Part shown: piece by piece, positions 23,301 to 34,830 of the stretch
How positions within the stretch are numbered: the first letter of the stretch is position 1
How the letters are laid out: the number at the start of each line of letters is the position of its first letter
Assembly (NCBI GenBank): GCA_951406725.2
Contig: OX597823.1
Coordinates: 1,984,001 to 2,048,000 of the forward strand
Source: Octopus vulgaris
Lineage: Eukaryota
Direction of reading: 5' to 3'
DNA: 64,000 bases
Notes under the pieces: model-generated
Told to the model about the DNA's origin: nothing
What the model saw: the letters and a program-made list of their open reading frames with translations, nothing else
Databases searched by the model: none
Translations under genes and position numbers: made by a program

Positions 23301-25928
23301 CACCTCCATCAACCTCCATCTGTCCGTCTCTCATCTTCTTCTTCCTCTCTGCCCTCCATTAGTCTCCCACATTCAATGCTACATGTACCACAACCAAAGG
23401 GAGAAACCTTTTGTTGTTCCCGGGAGACAACGGCTTCATGAATGTTCTCCCTCTGTTGTCATGACGATGGCATCAAATGTAGCCATGCAAGTGAAAAACA
23501 GGCATGACCACCCACACTTCACATTTGAGTGTTCAGATGCTGGAGGGTGGAAAGCACCAAGAATGCAAAAACCTTAGCATTGAAATTTCAGTTGGAAATT
23601 TTCAAAAACTCTTTGAACAATGAAGATATTGGTCTGCTATGTTCTGTCCTGTTAAAACAAGGAATTTATTTTGCCTCAAATCTGTGAAGAATTGTCCCCA
23701 GTCTGCCAATTTTTCTCCCCGGTTCCCAATCTTGAAACTCTGTCCACACTTCCTGTTCTGAATCTTCTAAGTTCCATCTCTTTCAGTCATGTGAAAACTG
23801 TATTGTCTGTTGGAAACCTGGCCACCTCAACCAAACGGATCTCAAGCATTCAGATTCCACTACGACCATCTTACACAGATTCGAATACCGTGAGTGTGAT
23901 ATCTGGTATATGAGGTTCTCTATGGATTATTGGCAAAAGGTGGGTGAAACACTTAACTCTTCTCATCAAAATGGTTTCTTGTTGTTGTTGTTGTTGTTGT
24001 ATCTAAATATATCGGCTTCTTTGTGATGTTCACAGCTCACTCTCATAAATCATCATCAGTTGACACCTGTCTTCTCTGTTGACATTTCTTGGACAGTTTG
24101 ACTGGATCCAATATGTCAAGGACTGCATTCAGCTCCAGTGTCTCTTTTCGCACGGTTTCCACAGCTGGATGCCCTTCCTAATGCCAACCACTTCACAGAG
24201 TGAACTGGGTGCTTTTTATGTGACACCTGCTCTAGTGTGGTTTCCATACAGCTTCTATATTATTATTATTATTATTTTTTTAAATTTATATATTTTTTTT
24301 GCCTGTTTTTACTTTCTGAGTTCAAATTTTGCCTTTCATCCTTTAGGGTCGGTAATAAAATAAGTACCAGTTGCGGACTGGGGTCAATCTAATAGACTTA
24401 CCCCACCCCCAAACTTACTGGCCCTGTGCCAAAATTTGTGTTATGGACCATTTGAATCTTCTTTATTTCAGTGACCTTCCGTAACTTCTATTTGCCGGAT
24501 GATGTGTGTCTTAGTCATGGTTGAGTGATCACTTGTGATATTTTTGGTTTCTTTGCAGGTTATGGCTCTTGGTAATCAAGTTGGTCGGCTTTTTGTGTGG
24601 GACATGGATGTAGATGATCCCACAATGTCCAGGTAAATAATGCCATACCTGACTACTTTTTCCGGGGACTTTGTTAATTTTGTTTTCGTTATTGAGGAGG
24701 TTGACAATGATGACTATTGTCATCTCAAGAAGTGTTATTGTCAGGGATCAGATGGGGAGTTCTACATTCTCAAAGATGTAGACCCCAGTTTCTGGGGTCA
24801 GTTGCATCAGTCCTTGGTGCATAGAATGGTCTAGAATATGCTAGGGTTTTAACTGGCCCTTCATTAGTTACAGTGATGAGGGTTCCAGTTCAACAGAACA
24901 GCCTGTTCATGAAATTAACATGCAAGTGGCTGAGTACTCCACAGACACTCATACCCTTTACAGAGTGTGACACGACTGGCCCCTTTTGAATTACAGGTAC
25001 TACTCACTTTTGTCAGCTGAGTGGTCTGGAGCAATGTGAAATAAAGTGTCTTGCTCAAGATCACAACACACTGCCAGGAATCGAACTCCCGATCTTATGC
25101 TCATGAGCTGAATACTCCTAACCATTAAGCCATATGCCTTCACATGCCATGGTTAAGGTTACCATGGAATACATGTGACCAGTGCATTCATTCTAACACT
25201 ACAATTATTTTTATACCTAAAGACATGGTTCAATATTATAATGATAATAAGAAAGTGATTAGAAACTGATTGAACCATGCAGAATGGTGGCGGGGGTGGG
25301 GGGTGATATGTTTATTTGATATTTCAGTCTTAAAATATTCAAAATATTGAAAATGAAATGTTAATTTAGAACTATTTCTAACCCCTGGGGTTACAAACAG
25401 ACCATCTGAAGGGAAGACCAGCAGAAATGGCTTTAGAATTAGAAAACTTCTGACTTGTAAAACGTGACTGTAAGCGCTTAATGGCGATCAGTTTTTGAAG
25501 ACGTGGTCCATCAACAGATTTAACACCACCTTTCGGTCCTTCGGTGCCTTTAGTGGGGTCCAGTCTGTTACAAGTGTTTAGTCCAGGGTCTGCCCTGGAA
25601 GTGAGTTGCTTGATATGTTTGAACATCTTTCAATGCTAGGAAGACCCTTTTAAGACCCTTTCCTACCTCAGCCTTACAGATGCCTTGCAAAACATGATAA
25701 TTCCTCACCTGACCAAATCCCAACAATGAATTACCCACCAAACTTGGTGACTTTTTCTCTTCATCTTTCTACAAAATGTCTCTTTTCCCATTCTTTCTCA
25801 GGTGCACCGTTCTGATAAACAGTAAATGTACAACGGCGATACGACAGACTGCGTTTAGTCGTGATGGCAGCATCCTTCTCTCTGTTTGTGACGACGGCAC
25901 AATATGGCGCTGGGACCGAGTGAAATAG
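6329..25928 (+). CDS. EED: Polycomb protein EED/ESC (PRC2 WD40 subunit), 12 coding exons, 428 aa
   Basis: Exons of 87+147+93+66+126+82+92+134+106+153+74+127 = 1287 nt splice in frame with GT-AG ends. The product has EED motifs [72 protein letters not shown] and [12 protein letters not shown]. Confidence 0.97.
6563..6901. repeat. (TA)n/(CA)n compound microsatellite in EED intron 1
   Basis: Read directly from the sequence. Confidence 0.95.
7711..8085 (-). mobile_element. Dimeric tRNA-derived SINE (family A)
   Basis: Two GCCTTTCATCCTTTCGGGGTCGAT-type cores; 19-bp TSD ACTAAATCTGCTATAAATA (7692..7710) / ACTCAATCTGCTGTAAATA (8086..8104). Confidence 0.85.
9340..9840. mobile_element. Two tail-to-tail copies of a SINE/LINE-tail family (family D, (GAT)n tail)
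   Basis: GTGGTTGG..TTAGGAAGGG.ATCCAGC and CCAGCATGGAAA motifs on both strands; related copies at about 11190..11372, 17245..17673, 24095..24230 and 28686..28884. Confidence 0.7.
10969..11115 (+). CDS. EED: EED exon 2 (DDMSSTT...[13 protein letters not shown])
   Basis: Polypyrimidine tract plus CAG acceptor; GTAAGT donor; aligns with EED ...KCKYSFKCVNSLK. Confidence 0.9.
13009..13101 (+). CDS. EED: EED exon 3 ([31 protein letters not shown])
   Basis: CAG acceptor, GTAAGG donor, strong EED similarity. Confidence 0.97.
13723..13929 (-). mobile_element. SINE family A monomer with Tx1-like tail and 18-bp TSD
   Basis: TSD CCACACAGCTAAATTATA (13705..13722) / CCACACAGCCAAATTATA (13930..13947). Confidence 0.85.
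14117..14273 (+). mobile_element. tRNA-derived SINE family B (CORE-like), (TA)n tail
   Basis: TGGCTGTGTGGTAAG (A box), GGTTCAGTCCC (B box), CACCTTGGGCAA core; related copies at about 18717..18885(-), 28293..28450(+) and 30853..30970(-). Confidence 0.8.
14865..14930 (+). CDS. EED: EED exon 4 ([22 protein letters not shown])
   Basis: CAG acceptor; donor GTATCCTTTT (U12-type). Confidence 0.95.
14931..16274 (+). other. U12-type (minor spliceosome) GT-AG intron 4 of EED
   Basis: 5' splice site GTATCCTTTT; branch motif TCCTTAAT at 16258..16265, about 10 nt before the AG; no polypyrimidine tract. Confidence 0.9.
15580..15790 (+). mobile_element. SINE family A inside the U12 intron
   Basis: GAGTTCAAATTCC B box plus GCCTTTCATCC core; related + copies at about 16441..16650, 26226..26432, 31205..31412, 31963..32150 and 51884..52103. 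Confidence 0.85.
16275..16400 (+). CDS. EED: EED exon 5 ([10 protein letters not shown]...SPVSMQCIK)
   Basis: AAG acceptor just after TCCTTAAT branch motif; GTAAAC donor. Confidence 0.93.
17245..17673 (+). mobile_element. Family D repeat with (GAT)n tail
   Basis: ...CCAACCCATGCTAGCATGGAAAGCGGACGTTAAATGATGATG; near-identical tail at 28840..28884. Confidence 0.75.
17866..17947 (+). CDS. EED: EED exon 6 ([27 protein letters not shown])
   Basis: TTCAG acceptor, GTAAGC donor, WD40 GH motif. Confidence 0.97.
18284..18537. mobile_element. hAT-type MITE
   Basis: Termini CAGTTGTTCTCGACC / GGTTAAGAACCACCG; NNTTAGAN-like 8-mers on both flanks; internal GGGTCCA repeats; a similar end at about 37379. 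Confidence 0.6.
19075..19470 (-). mobile_element. Decayed RTE-clade LINE 3' fragment
   Basis: Minus-strand translation [10 protein letters not shown]...KRIAAAQRK resembles an RTE ORF C-terminus; GACGGACAAAC(TAA)n tail. Confidence 0.45.
19580..19671 (+). CDS. EED: EED exon 7 ([12 protein letters not shown]...GHRDEVLSA)
   Basis: CTCAG acceptor, GTAAGT donor. Confidence 0.97.
20980..21113 (+). CDS. EED: EED exon 8 ([21 protein letters not shown]...STKNN)
   Basis: TTCAG acceptor, GTAATG donor. Confidence 0.97.
21735..21840 (+). CDS. EED: EED exon 9 ([35 protein letters not shown])
   Basis: CCAG acceptor, GTAACC donor. Confidence 0.97.
22622..23155 (+). mobile_element. Two tandem tRNA-derived SINEs (family C)
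   Basis: TGGCTTAGTGGTTAG A box and GTTTCGATTCC B box, then a second head TAGCCTAGTAATTAG / GGTTCAAATCTC; related - copies at about 24850..25145 and 51195..51566. Confidence 0.8.
23787..23939 (+). CDS. EED: EED exon 10 ([12 protein letters not shown]...[15 protein letters not shown])
   Basis: TTCAG acceptor, GTGGGT donor; includes the WY residues of the methyl-lysine aromatic cage. Confidence 0.97.
24559..24632 (+). CDS. EED: EED exon 11 ([24 protein letters not shown])
   Basis: TGCAG acceptor, GTAAAT donor. Confidence 0.97.
25802..25928 (+). CDS. EED: EED exon 12 coding part (CTVLINSKC...IWRWDRVK*)
   Basis: CTCAG acceptor; TAG stop at 25926..25928. Confidence 0.97.
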
Positions 25929-26433
25929 GAAACTCCATCAAATGTTTCTACTCCATCCATCCATCCATTCCTCTCTCCCCACCCTTTTCTCTCATACTTC
26001 ACCTTCTCTCTCTCTCTCTCTCCCCACCCACCCACCACCAACAGTGTGCCTGCAATAATGTCCACTGCCAGATATCTCTACAAAATAACTGACGCATTTC
26101 ACTATTTCACTTTCAAAATGAATGAATGCATTTTTTTTATAAAAACAAACAGGAGTATAACTCTTCTTAACTATTGCCTTTGTTTCTTTCATTATTATTA
26201 TTATTATTATTATTATATTTTAGTGAGGTGGCAGCGCCATTCGCATGCTGGACAAACTGCTTAGCAGCATTTTATCCATTTTTACATTCTAAGTTCAAAT
26301 TCCACAGAGATTGACTTTGCCTTTCATCCTTTCAGGGTCGATAGATTAAGTACCAATGAAATAATGGGGTTGATGTCATTAACTTACCACCCCTTCCCCA
26401 AAATTTCAGGCCTTGTGCTTTTAGTAGAAAGGG

Positions 26434-26474
<41 letters not shown>

Positions 26475-27028
26475 GAGTGAGAGAGCAGTGCATGCCATCA
26501 AAGTGACACTGGGGTAAAATATACAAAGCCCAGTATACTCATTATGACTACCCGTCTGATAAGGGTATACCAGGCACATACATCACAACCATATGTGCAC
26601 GACATGGTGATCACATATCAAGATAAACAGCACATGACCTTGCAGGTGGGCCCCAGTTAGAATTTTCGTCTGGTCGAGTAGCCCATCCCGCTCAAAAGGT
26701 CCCTGAATAAGGGTTGTTTAAGGATGTTGAAAGAACCACCCATGTTTCCAGAGGTGAATTATCCAAACCTCCAAGAATCCCTCTTAACACATGGCTATGA
26801 TGCTCCCCCACTACTTCTGCTCATGATCAGAGATGCACATATTTTCAGCCACTAAGGGACATGCTCAACTGGTTAAGGTCAAACAACTGACAAGCAAATT
26901 GGTGGTATTGAGCAGAATATTTGCTGTAGGCCATCTTTTATACCAAGACAAAACAATGTACATGATAACACTTCCAATCAGTTAAGATCAGAAGCCATGA
27001 GAGCCACTGCCTGGTATTGTATTATGGT
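26475..27028. mobile_element. About 550-bp interspersed element nested in a (TTA)n tract downstream of the EED stop
   Basis: Complex sequence flanked on both sides by (ATT)n runs (26436..26474 and 27029..27053). Confidence 0.55.
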
Positions 27029-28994
27029 TATTTATTATTATTATTATTATTATCATCATCATCATTATTATGGAGGCAGTGTGGCAGAAAATGTAGAATG
27101 CCAGATGGATTTCTTTGTTGTATTTAAGTTATATCTTTATGTTCTGAGTTCAGATCCTCTGTTCATCCTTCTGGGGTTTATGAGATAATATACCAGTCAT
27201 ATATTAAGCTCAGTTTTAGTTGACACCCCTACCACCCCCATCCCTTCATTCATAATTGTGAACCTTTGGCCCATATCAGGAATTTCCTTTCATTCTTGGA
27301 GCGAGTTCACTTCATAAACATTGCCACTTTGATTCTGCTTCCTAAACTCTGCTTGCTGTGTATACCTGTTAGAAAAAATTGTAATTAACATCCCACAGGT
27401 GCAATAGAGCTATATTGTTGATCCACTGACAGAATCCCTTCAATGAAGGACTAAATACCTTGTAGTCTTTTAGTCCTCTCCTCATACATCAGGTGGGGAG
27501 GGGGTGTCAAATATCTCCAGAGACAACTTTGTCTTTCATTTGCTCCAAGGGGTCATAAAATTGGGGGAATAATTTGGTGGACTTCTATAAATTTCAGTCT
27601 TATTCTATTATTAGCTTCTCTGTCATCTAAAAATAACTTAATTTTAATATATATTTTGGTATATTGAGTTTTGTTTAGAAGGAAGGGTGGATGGAGGGTG
27701 CAGAAACTTGGGAACTATATTTAGAAGACATCAAGAAAACCATTTTCATCATCTAAAAAACAAAAACAAAACTAAATAACATTTTAAATTCAGTTTCACT
27801 GCAACAGTTATTGTAGTTGGGGTCAGTGGAATTGTTCTTGGACCTTAATTTTTGACACCTCAAAAAATAAGGCAAATTTAACAGTTTTAATGCATTTTGA
27901 AATGGTTAAAAGGGTCATTCTACAATATACCATAGTTTAACGTGTGTAAGGAACCCCCTAGTTTTGAGGGCCCAAAATTTAGAAAAAAAAAGGGATTATG
28001 ATACTATCCATGTATAAGAAACTCGGATATTTTTTTAACCTAATTTTTGTTTTTAATACACAATCTCCAATCTCGTCACATACTCGACAAGTACAACAGC
28101 ACGAATAAATGTGTATTGGGAAAACAGTGACAAAACAAGTGGAAGGAATGATAATTGCAGTTGTCTCCCTTGTTGCGCTGTGAACTTTTATCAAAAGAAG
28201 TAAGAAAGGGCTGGGACGGGTAAAGCTTGATGACCTCAACGTGACCTGGTGGTAGTACAGCTGGAAAAGTGTCTCTGATGATGATGGTGGTAGACGTGTC
28301 TGTGTGGTGAGAAGGTTACTCTCCAACCGTATGGTTCCAGGTTCAATCTTACTGCATGGCACCATGGGGCAAGTGCCTTCTCTTACAGCCCTGGGCAGAA
28401 CTAAATCTTGAGTGAATTTTGGAGTCAGAAATTGAAAGAAGCTCGTCCTGTGTGCGTGTGTGTGTATGCATATATATGTGTGTGTGTGTGTGTTACTTTC
28501 TCTGACATTGCATGAATTTTAAACGAGTCACCATCATTTAAGCAGTGGAAACGTGTCTGGTGATGGAGGAAGATTATCTGGTTGAGCATCTGGCTGTAGA
28601 AACTCTCCACCTCAACAGTATTCTGTCCAACTCATGTAAGCAAGTGGGCATTAAAACAGTGATGAAGATTATGTGTGTGTGTGTCATTGCCAGTACCGCC
28701 TGACTGGCCCCTGTGCCAGTGGCATGTAAAAAGCACCCACTACATTCTCGGAGTGGTTGGCATTAGGAAGGGAATCCAGCTGTAGAAACTCTGCCAAATC
28801 AAGATGGGAGTCTGGTTCGCCAGCCCTCAGTCAAAATCGTCCAACCCATGCTAGCATGGAAAGCGGACGTTAAACGATGATGATCCATCCATGTAAAAGT
28901 GGGTGTTGTGTGTTAGAACACAAAATACTGCGATAGCTACCCCGAGGGAACATCTCCTATGGGCTCGTGCTGCATATAAACACTCAGTCCATAT

Positions 28995-29180
28995 TTTTTT
29001 ATTCTTTTAGTTGTTTCAATCATTTGACTGCAGCCATGCTGGAGCACCGCCTTTAGTCGAACAAATCGACCCCAGGACTTACTCTTTGTAAGCCTAATAC
29101 TTATTCTATCGGTTTCTTTTGCTGAACCACTAAGTTACGGGGACGTAAACACACCAGCATTAGTTGTCAAGTGATGTTGC
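28995..29180. mobile_element. SINE-like family E
   Basis: GCCATGCTGGAGCAC...CTAAGTTACGGGGACGTAAAC; copies at about 14545..14740, 21145..21330 and 61355..61560. Confidence 0.7.
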
Positions 29181-30111
29181 GTTGCCGGGTCATAGTGCTA
29201 GTTTGGTATAAATTTGGGGTAATAAAACATACAATGCCATATTAAAAAGACGAATTAAAATTCCAGAGAAAAATACATAGAAGATAAGTATACAAATTTA
29301 CAAAAATACATAAAAGTTCATCAATTAATATGAAACATATCATATATTTGAAATTGACACTCTCCTCGTCAGGATGTTTTTTATACACAACACATAGTAC
29401 ACAGAAACAAATGCACAATTACATACCTGCTACATGCGAAAGACCAGACATTACGTACTCCCCAAAATTCTCATAGATACTGAATGCTACTTTATAAGCA
29501 TATAATTCAATCTAGCAGCTATAGTAAATGGTATGAGCACATCTCCATCTGGACTAATTCACTTCTGCACTCAATTAAAATTTTGATCTTTTAATTTCTC
29601 CCATTCATGCAAAGCCACATATTCGAGTTCAAGTCCTTGATACATTTGATACTAATTGCTGTTTTATTTTTTAATTGTTATATTACAATTTAATTACCAT
29701 ATTTTAGTTTTATTTTAATTACTACTTACTATATTTGCTATATTTAATTCAATTGTTATTATTACCTCTAACTTTTATTGCTATTTTTATTTCTAAATTT
29801 CTTATGGAACGTCGAGTGGATCTTATGCGTACAATATATTTTTATATGATGTTTATATATTTATATATTACTATATATTTCTAAACGTCGGGCTTTATAT
29901 CTGTTCTGTAGATATAAATGAATATATGAATATATGTATGTGTTTGATCTTTCTGTGGATTTTGTAGTGCTTTTGTAGTTGCTGCTCGCATTACCTCCCC
30001 TCGGATTAAAAAGTGTATTCAGCTCATTTGAGCACTACTGTTCCAGTCTCTTATATATTTTGAGCGTTGTTGTCACTAACGATCTCAAGATATAACTTTA
30101 TATATATATAT

Positions 30112-30488
30112 ATTTATTTTATAGAAGGCGCTTCTACAGGACTAGAACTGTTTCATTCAAATGAAATCATCAGGAAGCTTGCTGTCAAAATAAGATCTGG
30201 CATTTATACATTTAGGCAGATTTAATGGGGTGGTGGTGGGGGACATTTTTTTGGGGTAAGCAGGGCACAAACTGTCTTTCTGTATTCATTTATTTACTTT
30301 ATCACTGATTCTTTTGACCACTCCCCTAAGAAAGACAGTTTGTGCCCTGCTTACCCAAAAAAATGTCCCCCACCACCACCCCATTAAATCTGCCTAAATG
30401 TATAAATGCCAGATCTTATTTTGACAGCAAGCTTCCTGATGATTTCATTTGAATCTAGTCCTGTAGAAGCTCCTTCTATAAAATAAAT
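30112..30488. mobile_element. Penelope-like inverted terminal structure (about 165-bp arms) with hammerhead motif
   Basis: 30112..30281 is the reverse complement of 30329..30488; about 47-bp spacer; flanked by (TA)n. Confidence 0.7.
30130..30178 (-). ncRNA. Type I minimal hammerhead ribozyme motif
   Basis: Minus strand GCTTC-CTGATGA-TTTCATTTGAAT-GAAA-CAG-TTCTAGTC-CTG-TA-GAAGC: stem I GCTTC/GAAGC, intact core, stem III ACAG/CTGT, GUA cleavage triplet. Confidence 0.7.
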
Positions 30489-30553
30489 TAATTTACTCTG
30501 CTATGTATTGAGTACCTTATTTACTGTGGTTAACCCCGACTCAACCCGGGACC

Positions 30554-30592
<39 letters not shown>

Positions 30593-32493
30593 ATATACAT
30601 ACAATAGAGAGATGTTTTTGTTTCACTTTTAACATGTAATACTGAAGTAGTGGAGAAGATATGATATTGCTGTGGGCTCGCCCTAGGCAAGAAGTTAAAC
30701 ATTTTTTTTTTGCCCATGATACTACATGGACCTTAAGTAAGGCATGTGTAAAATTTTAATGAAATTGCTTGTGTAGTTCTCAAGTTTTAGGGAAACACGC
30801 AGACAGACAGTCAGACACACATTCTCAGTTTTATATATATATAGAAATATTTGATGGGCTTCTATCAGTTTCCATCTACCAAATCCACTCAAGGTTTTGG
30901 TCTGCTCAAGGCTATAGTGGAAGAAACTTGCCCAAGGTACCACGCAGTGGGACTGAACCCCGAACCATGTGACAGTTTTCTCTCAGTAAATAACTCGGCA
31001 TTCTCACAACATCCACTTTTTTTAAGTAGGGATTAACATTACCTTTTGGTATTGGAACCGTTTCTGTCATATATCGTGTGTGTGCTTCTGCTGTTGTAAT
31101 ACGCAGGTATGTCATGTGTTTATGTGTGTGTGTATACCTGTGATATATATGACAGGCTTCTGCACAATTTCCTTTCATTTAATTCCAATGAAAGGCATCT
31201 GTATATGGCAAGCTGGCAGAAGTGTTAGCACGTCAGGCGACATGCTTAGTGGTATTTCATCTGTCTTTACATTCTGAGTTCAAATTCCACCCAGATCGAC
31301 TTTGCCTTTCATCCTTTCGGGGTCAATAAATTAAGTACCTGTTGTGTATGGAGTCGATCTAATTGACTGGCCCCTCCCCAAAAATCTTGGGCCTTGTTCC
31401 TAGAGTAGAAAACACTGAAAGACAGCAGAAGTTACTTGCCCCAGCTACTGCTGCACAGTTCTATCGAATTTGATCTTCTTATTCTCTTAAAAGTGAAGGG
31501 TGTATTTGTTGGCTTATTTAAACATAGAAATTCCTGCCAATTAATAGTAGGTCTTCGTTAGGACTTCAAACTTCATCCAGGTCAGAGTCTAAGGTTGAGA
31601 AACTCTAGACATTGAGAAGAATTGAGTTAGCTGTTACCTGATACAGTCTCAGGTTTGTTCAGACTGGGAACTTGTAGCACCTGCAATGGTTACAGAGAAA
31701 ACGGCATTGCTAAATCACTCTAACCTGAGAGAGGGTCCTAGGTTTGGCATCAGCCTGTTGCCATCTAGACAGTTGCTTTGCAGGAGGAATCTGAAAGTCT
31801 AAAGACTAAGGAACAACACGGCACAGAAGAAGGGCTGCTTCTTTGCAGGTAGGATTAGGGAAATCAGGGTCTAAGAGATGAACTCTGATAGAGAAGGAAC
31901 TGTACCTTCAATTTAACAAGATGGAGTTACAATGCAACAAGATTTGGGTTGGGTTATGCAATGAACTGGCAGAGTTGTTAGCAAGGTTGAGCAAAATGCT
32001 TAGCAGTTTTACCAAAGTTGACTTTGCCTTTCATCCTTTCGAGATCGATAAAATAAGTACCAGTTATGCACTGGGATTAATGTAGTCGACTTACACCCCC
32101 CATCCCCCATCCCTGAAATTGCTGGCCTTGATCAAAATTTGAAACCAATATTAGGTTGCTATGACAATGATGGAATGTTCCTGAATCTTGCAAGACAATC
32201 CAACTTTGATTATTGACAGGGACGACAAAGGAAGTCACATTTGTCCTTCAAAATGGCTCCTTAATTGTCAGCACATTCAACACAAGAAGGTCGACCATTT
32301 CTGTTAAACCCCAACCCCACCAAAAAAACTTGCCATCAGTGTCCATACGTATAGCATTGGTATCGTTCACCTGCAGCAATATCGAAGCCTACGTGTGTGT
32401 GTGTGTGTGTGTGTGTGCTTTTTGTTTAAAGTATCACACAAACAAAAAACTGAGCAACAACAGGAAGAATCAGTTTTGAGTAAATAACTCTGT

Positions 32494-34830
32494 TTACTGA
32501 GTACTTCTCCCTCTCAATCCCTCCATCGTCTCACCCATCTGAACAAGGTCATCCACATACAGTATCTCCGTCACCAATCCCTCTCTTGCACTCTCCAACA
32601 CAACATCAACCACGATTTCAAACAACAATGGTGACAACACAGATCCCTGGTGCACACCAACTTTCACCGCAAACTCCTCCAACTACTCTGATCCAATTCT
32701 AACTCTTGTCTTTACCTCCTCATGCAAACTCATCACTGCCCTCACTATTATCTCTAGTAGACCCCTCTTCTTCAATGTCCACTCAATCACCTTACTTGCA
32801 ACCCTATCAAATGCCTTCTCCAGATCAACAAAGCACGTGTACAACTCCTCCTCCTTATCTCGGTATTCCTCTTGCAATCTCCTTGCAAGGAACTCTGCAT
32901 CTATTGTCCCCCTTCCTGGCATAAAACCAAATTGCATCTCATCCACATCCATCCCTTTCCGAATTCTCCTCTCCAACACCCTGTCCACCATCTTCATTTC
33001 ATGCTCCAATAACTTCTCTATATGCTCCACAGCTCATCACATACCTCTTCCCCTTGAAAATTGGTACCCAGTCCCCTGGCATTCCTCTTCCATCCAGCAC
33101 ACCCTGCCAGAGCTCCATCATCACAACAGCCCCTATCTCTCCACTTACTTCTGATGGACCAGCTGCCCTTTCCTATTTTCTTTTCCTCCACTACTTCTTC
33201 CCGACTAACCCTCTCCACTGACCCCTTCACCACAGCAGCTCCCACCCTCTGATCCCTCCCTCCATATGCTCCTTCCAAACACTTCCCCTGTCCTTCTCAC
33301 TAAAATTCAGCCTTCCCTCACTCCCCCCCACACGCATCTTCCTCCCTCAACATCTCTTCCATCTTTTTCCATTGATTTAATAAACCTAAACACCCTTTCT
33401 GGCTTCTCATCCACCCCACTCAACCTCTCCTCAGCCTCCTTCCTCATAAATCTCGCAACCACCCCCTTTGCACGATTCTCCATCTTATTATCCCAGGCTT
33501 TCATTTGCTCCCTCCTATTATTACAGAAAGCTTTGTGCGCCTCCTTCTTCCTTGCTATCTCATCCCTCACCTCCTCATTCCACCATCACGTAGCTCCTCG
33601 ATCTCTCCTGCCCTTCGTCCTTCCACACACTTTGTCACATGCCTTTAGTACCCCTTCTTTAAAGGACTTCCACAAATCCAGTGAATCAACCCTTACCAAC
33701 TCTCCAACTCTCTCCTCAAACCTTGCTCTTGTTTCTTCTTCCTCCAGTTTCCACACCTTTCTCCTCTTAACCGTTCCCTTTCTCACACACTTTTTAACTT
33801 TCTTCTTATCCAAGTCAACAACCACCAACCTGTGCTGCAACTCCCCCTGGTATTGTCTTCACATCTCTCAGATACTTTCTGTTTTTCCTGCCAACCAACA
33901 GGAAATCAATCTCTGTCTCATTCCCTCCTGCACTGAAAGTCACCTTCCTTTTCTCTGCTTTCCTAAATCACGTATTCACCACACACCATTCTTTCTCATC
34001 ACAAAACTCCAACAGCATCCTTCTGTCCACACTTCTCTCCCTAATTCCGTTTCCCCCATGCACACCCCAAAGCCCTGGATCCATTTCCCAACATCTCCAT
34101 AGAATCACCCATGCCCAAAACCAATTCATCTGCCTTTTGTAAGTCCCACTCATTCGCCATTTCATCAAAGAACTACACTTTCTCAGCGATCCCTCGTCCA
34201 CTTTGCAGACCATACCCACAAATCACCCTCACCACTTCTTCCTCAAATGTCATCACTCTGTCACTCTTTCTCTTGACCTCCACCACCTTCTCACAGATTT
34301 CTTCCTTCACCAAAACTCCCATAACTCTAGTCCCCTTGTTATTTCCCAACCACCACAACTTGTACCTTTTTCCCTTGACCCCCACAAATCTTGCACCCTG
34401 GCCCCTCCACCTAACCTCCTGCACACAGCACACATCCACCTTCCTCTTCCTCAATTTCTTACACACCCCAGTTTCCCTTCCATGCAGACTGACCGCATTC
34501 CAACTTCCCAGCCTCACCCCAAGCTTCTCCTCAGGCCTTTGGCCATCACCAAGTAAGTCTTACATGCGCAACCCAGGATGAGGTTTTGCACTTTTCTTTT
34601 GAGGTAGGCAGGTGCATCCCACCCCAACCTTTGGGCTGGCTGGTGCCCATTCTCCTTTGCTATCATGAGGCTTTTTGGAGCTGGATTTTCTACGGGGAGC
34701 ATGCCCTTGCTTACCTCCAACCTCAGTTTCTAGACATGAGTGGTCCCGAGACCAAGGCCTCTACCATGATTTTTAAGAAATGTGGTGGAAAACTAGCTCA
34801 GGAAGGCAGGAACGCTACTCCCTGAGACCC
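32494..34830 (-). mobile_element. RTE-clade LINE, decayed (APE endonuclease plus RT)
   Basis: RLGSWNA...VDVCCVQEVRW (APE); QFGFMPGRGTIDA, FVDLEKAFDRV, GVHQGSVLSPLLF and YVDDLV (RT); many frameshifts; 3' truncated. Confidence 0.92.

Noticed and set aside
29325-29380. Minus-strand CTGACGA hammerhead candidate
   Set aside because: GAAA and the UH site are degenerate; at most a decayed remnant.
33266-34102. 278-aa Ser/Leu/Phe-rich + ORF
   Set aside because: Antisense shadow of the purine-rich RTE LINE.
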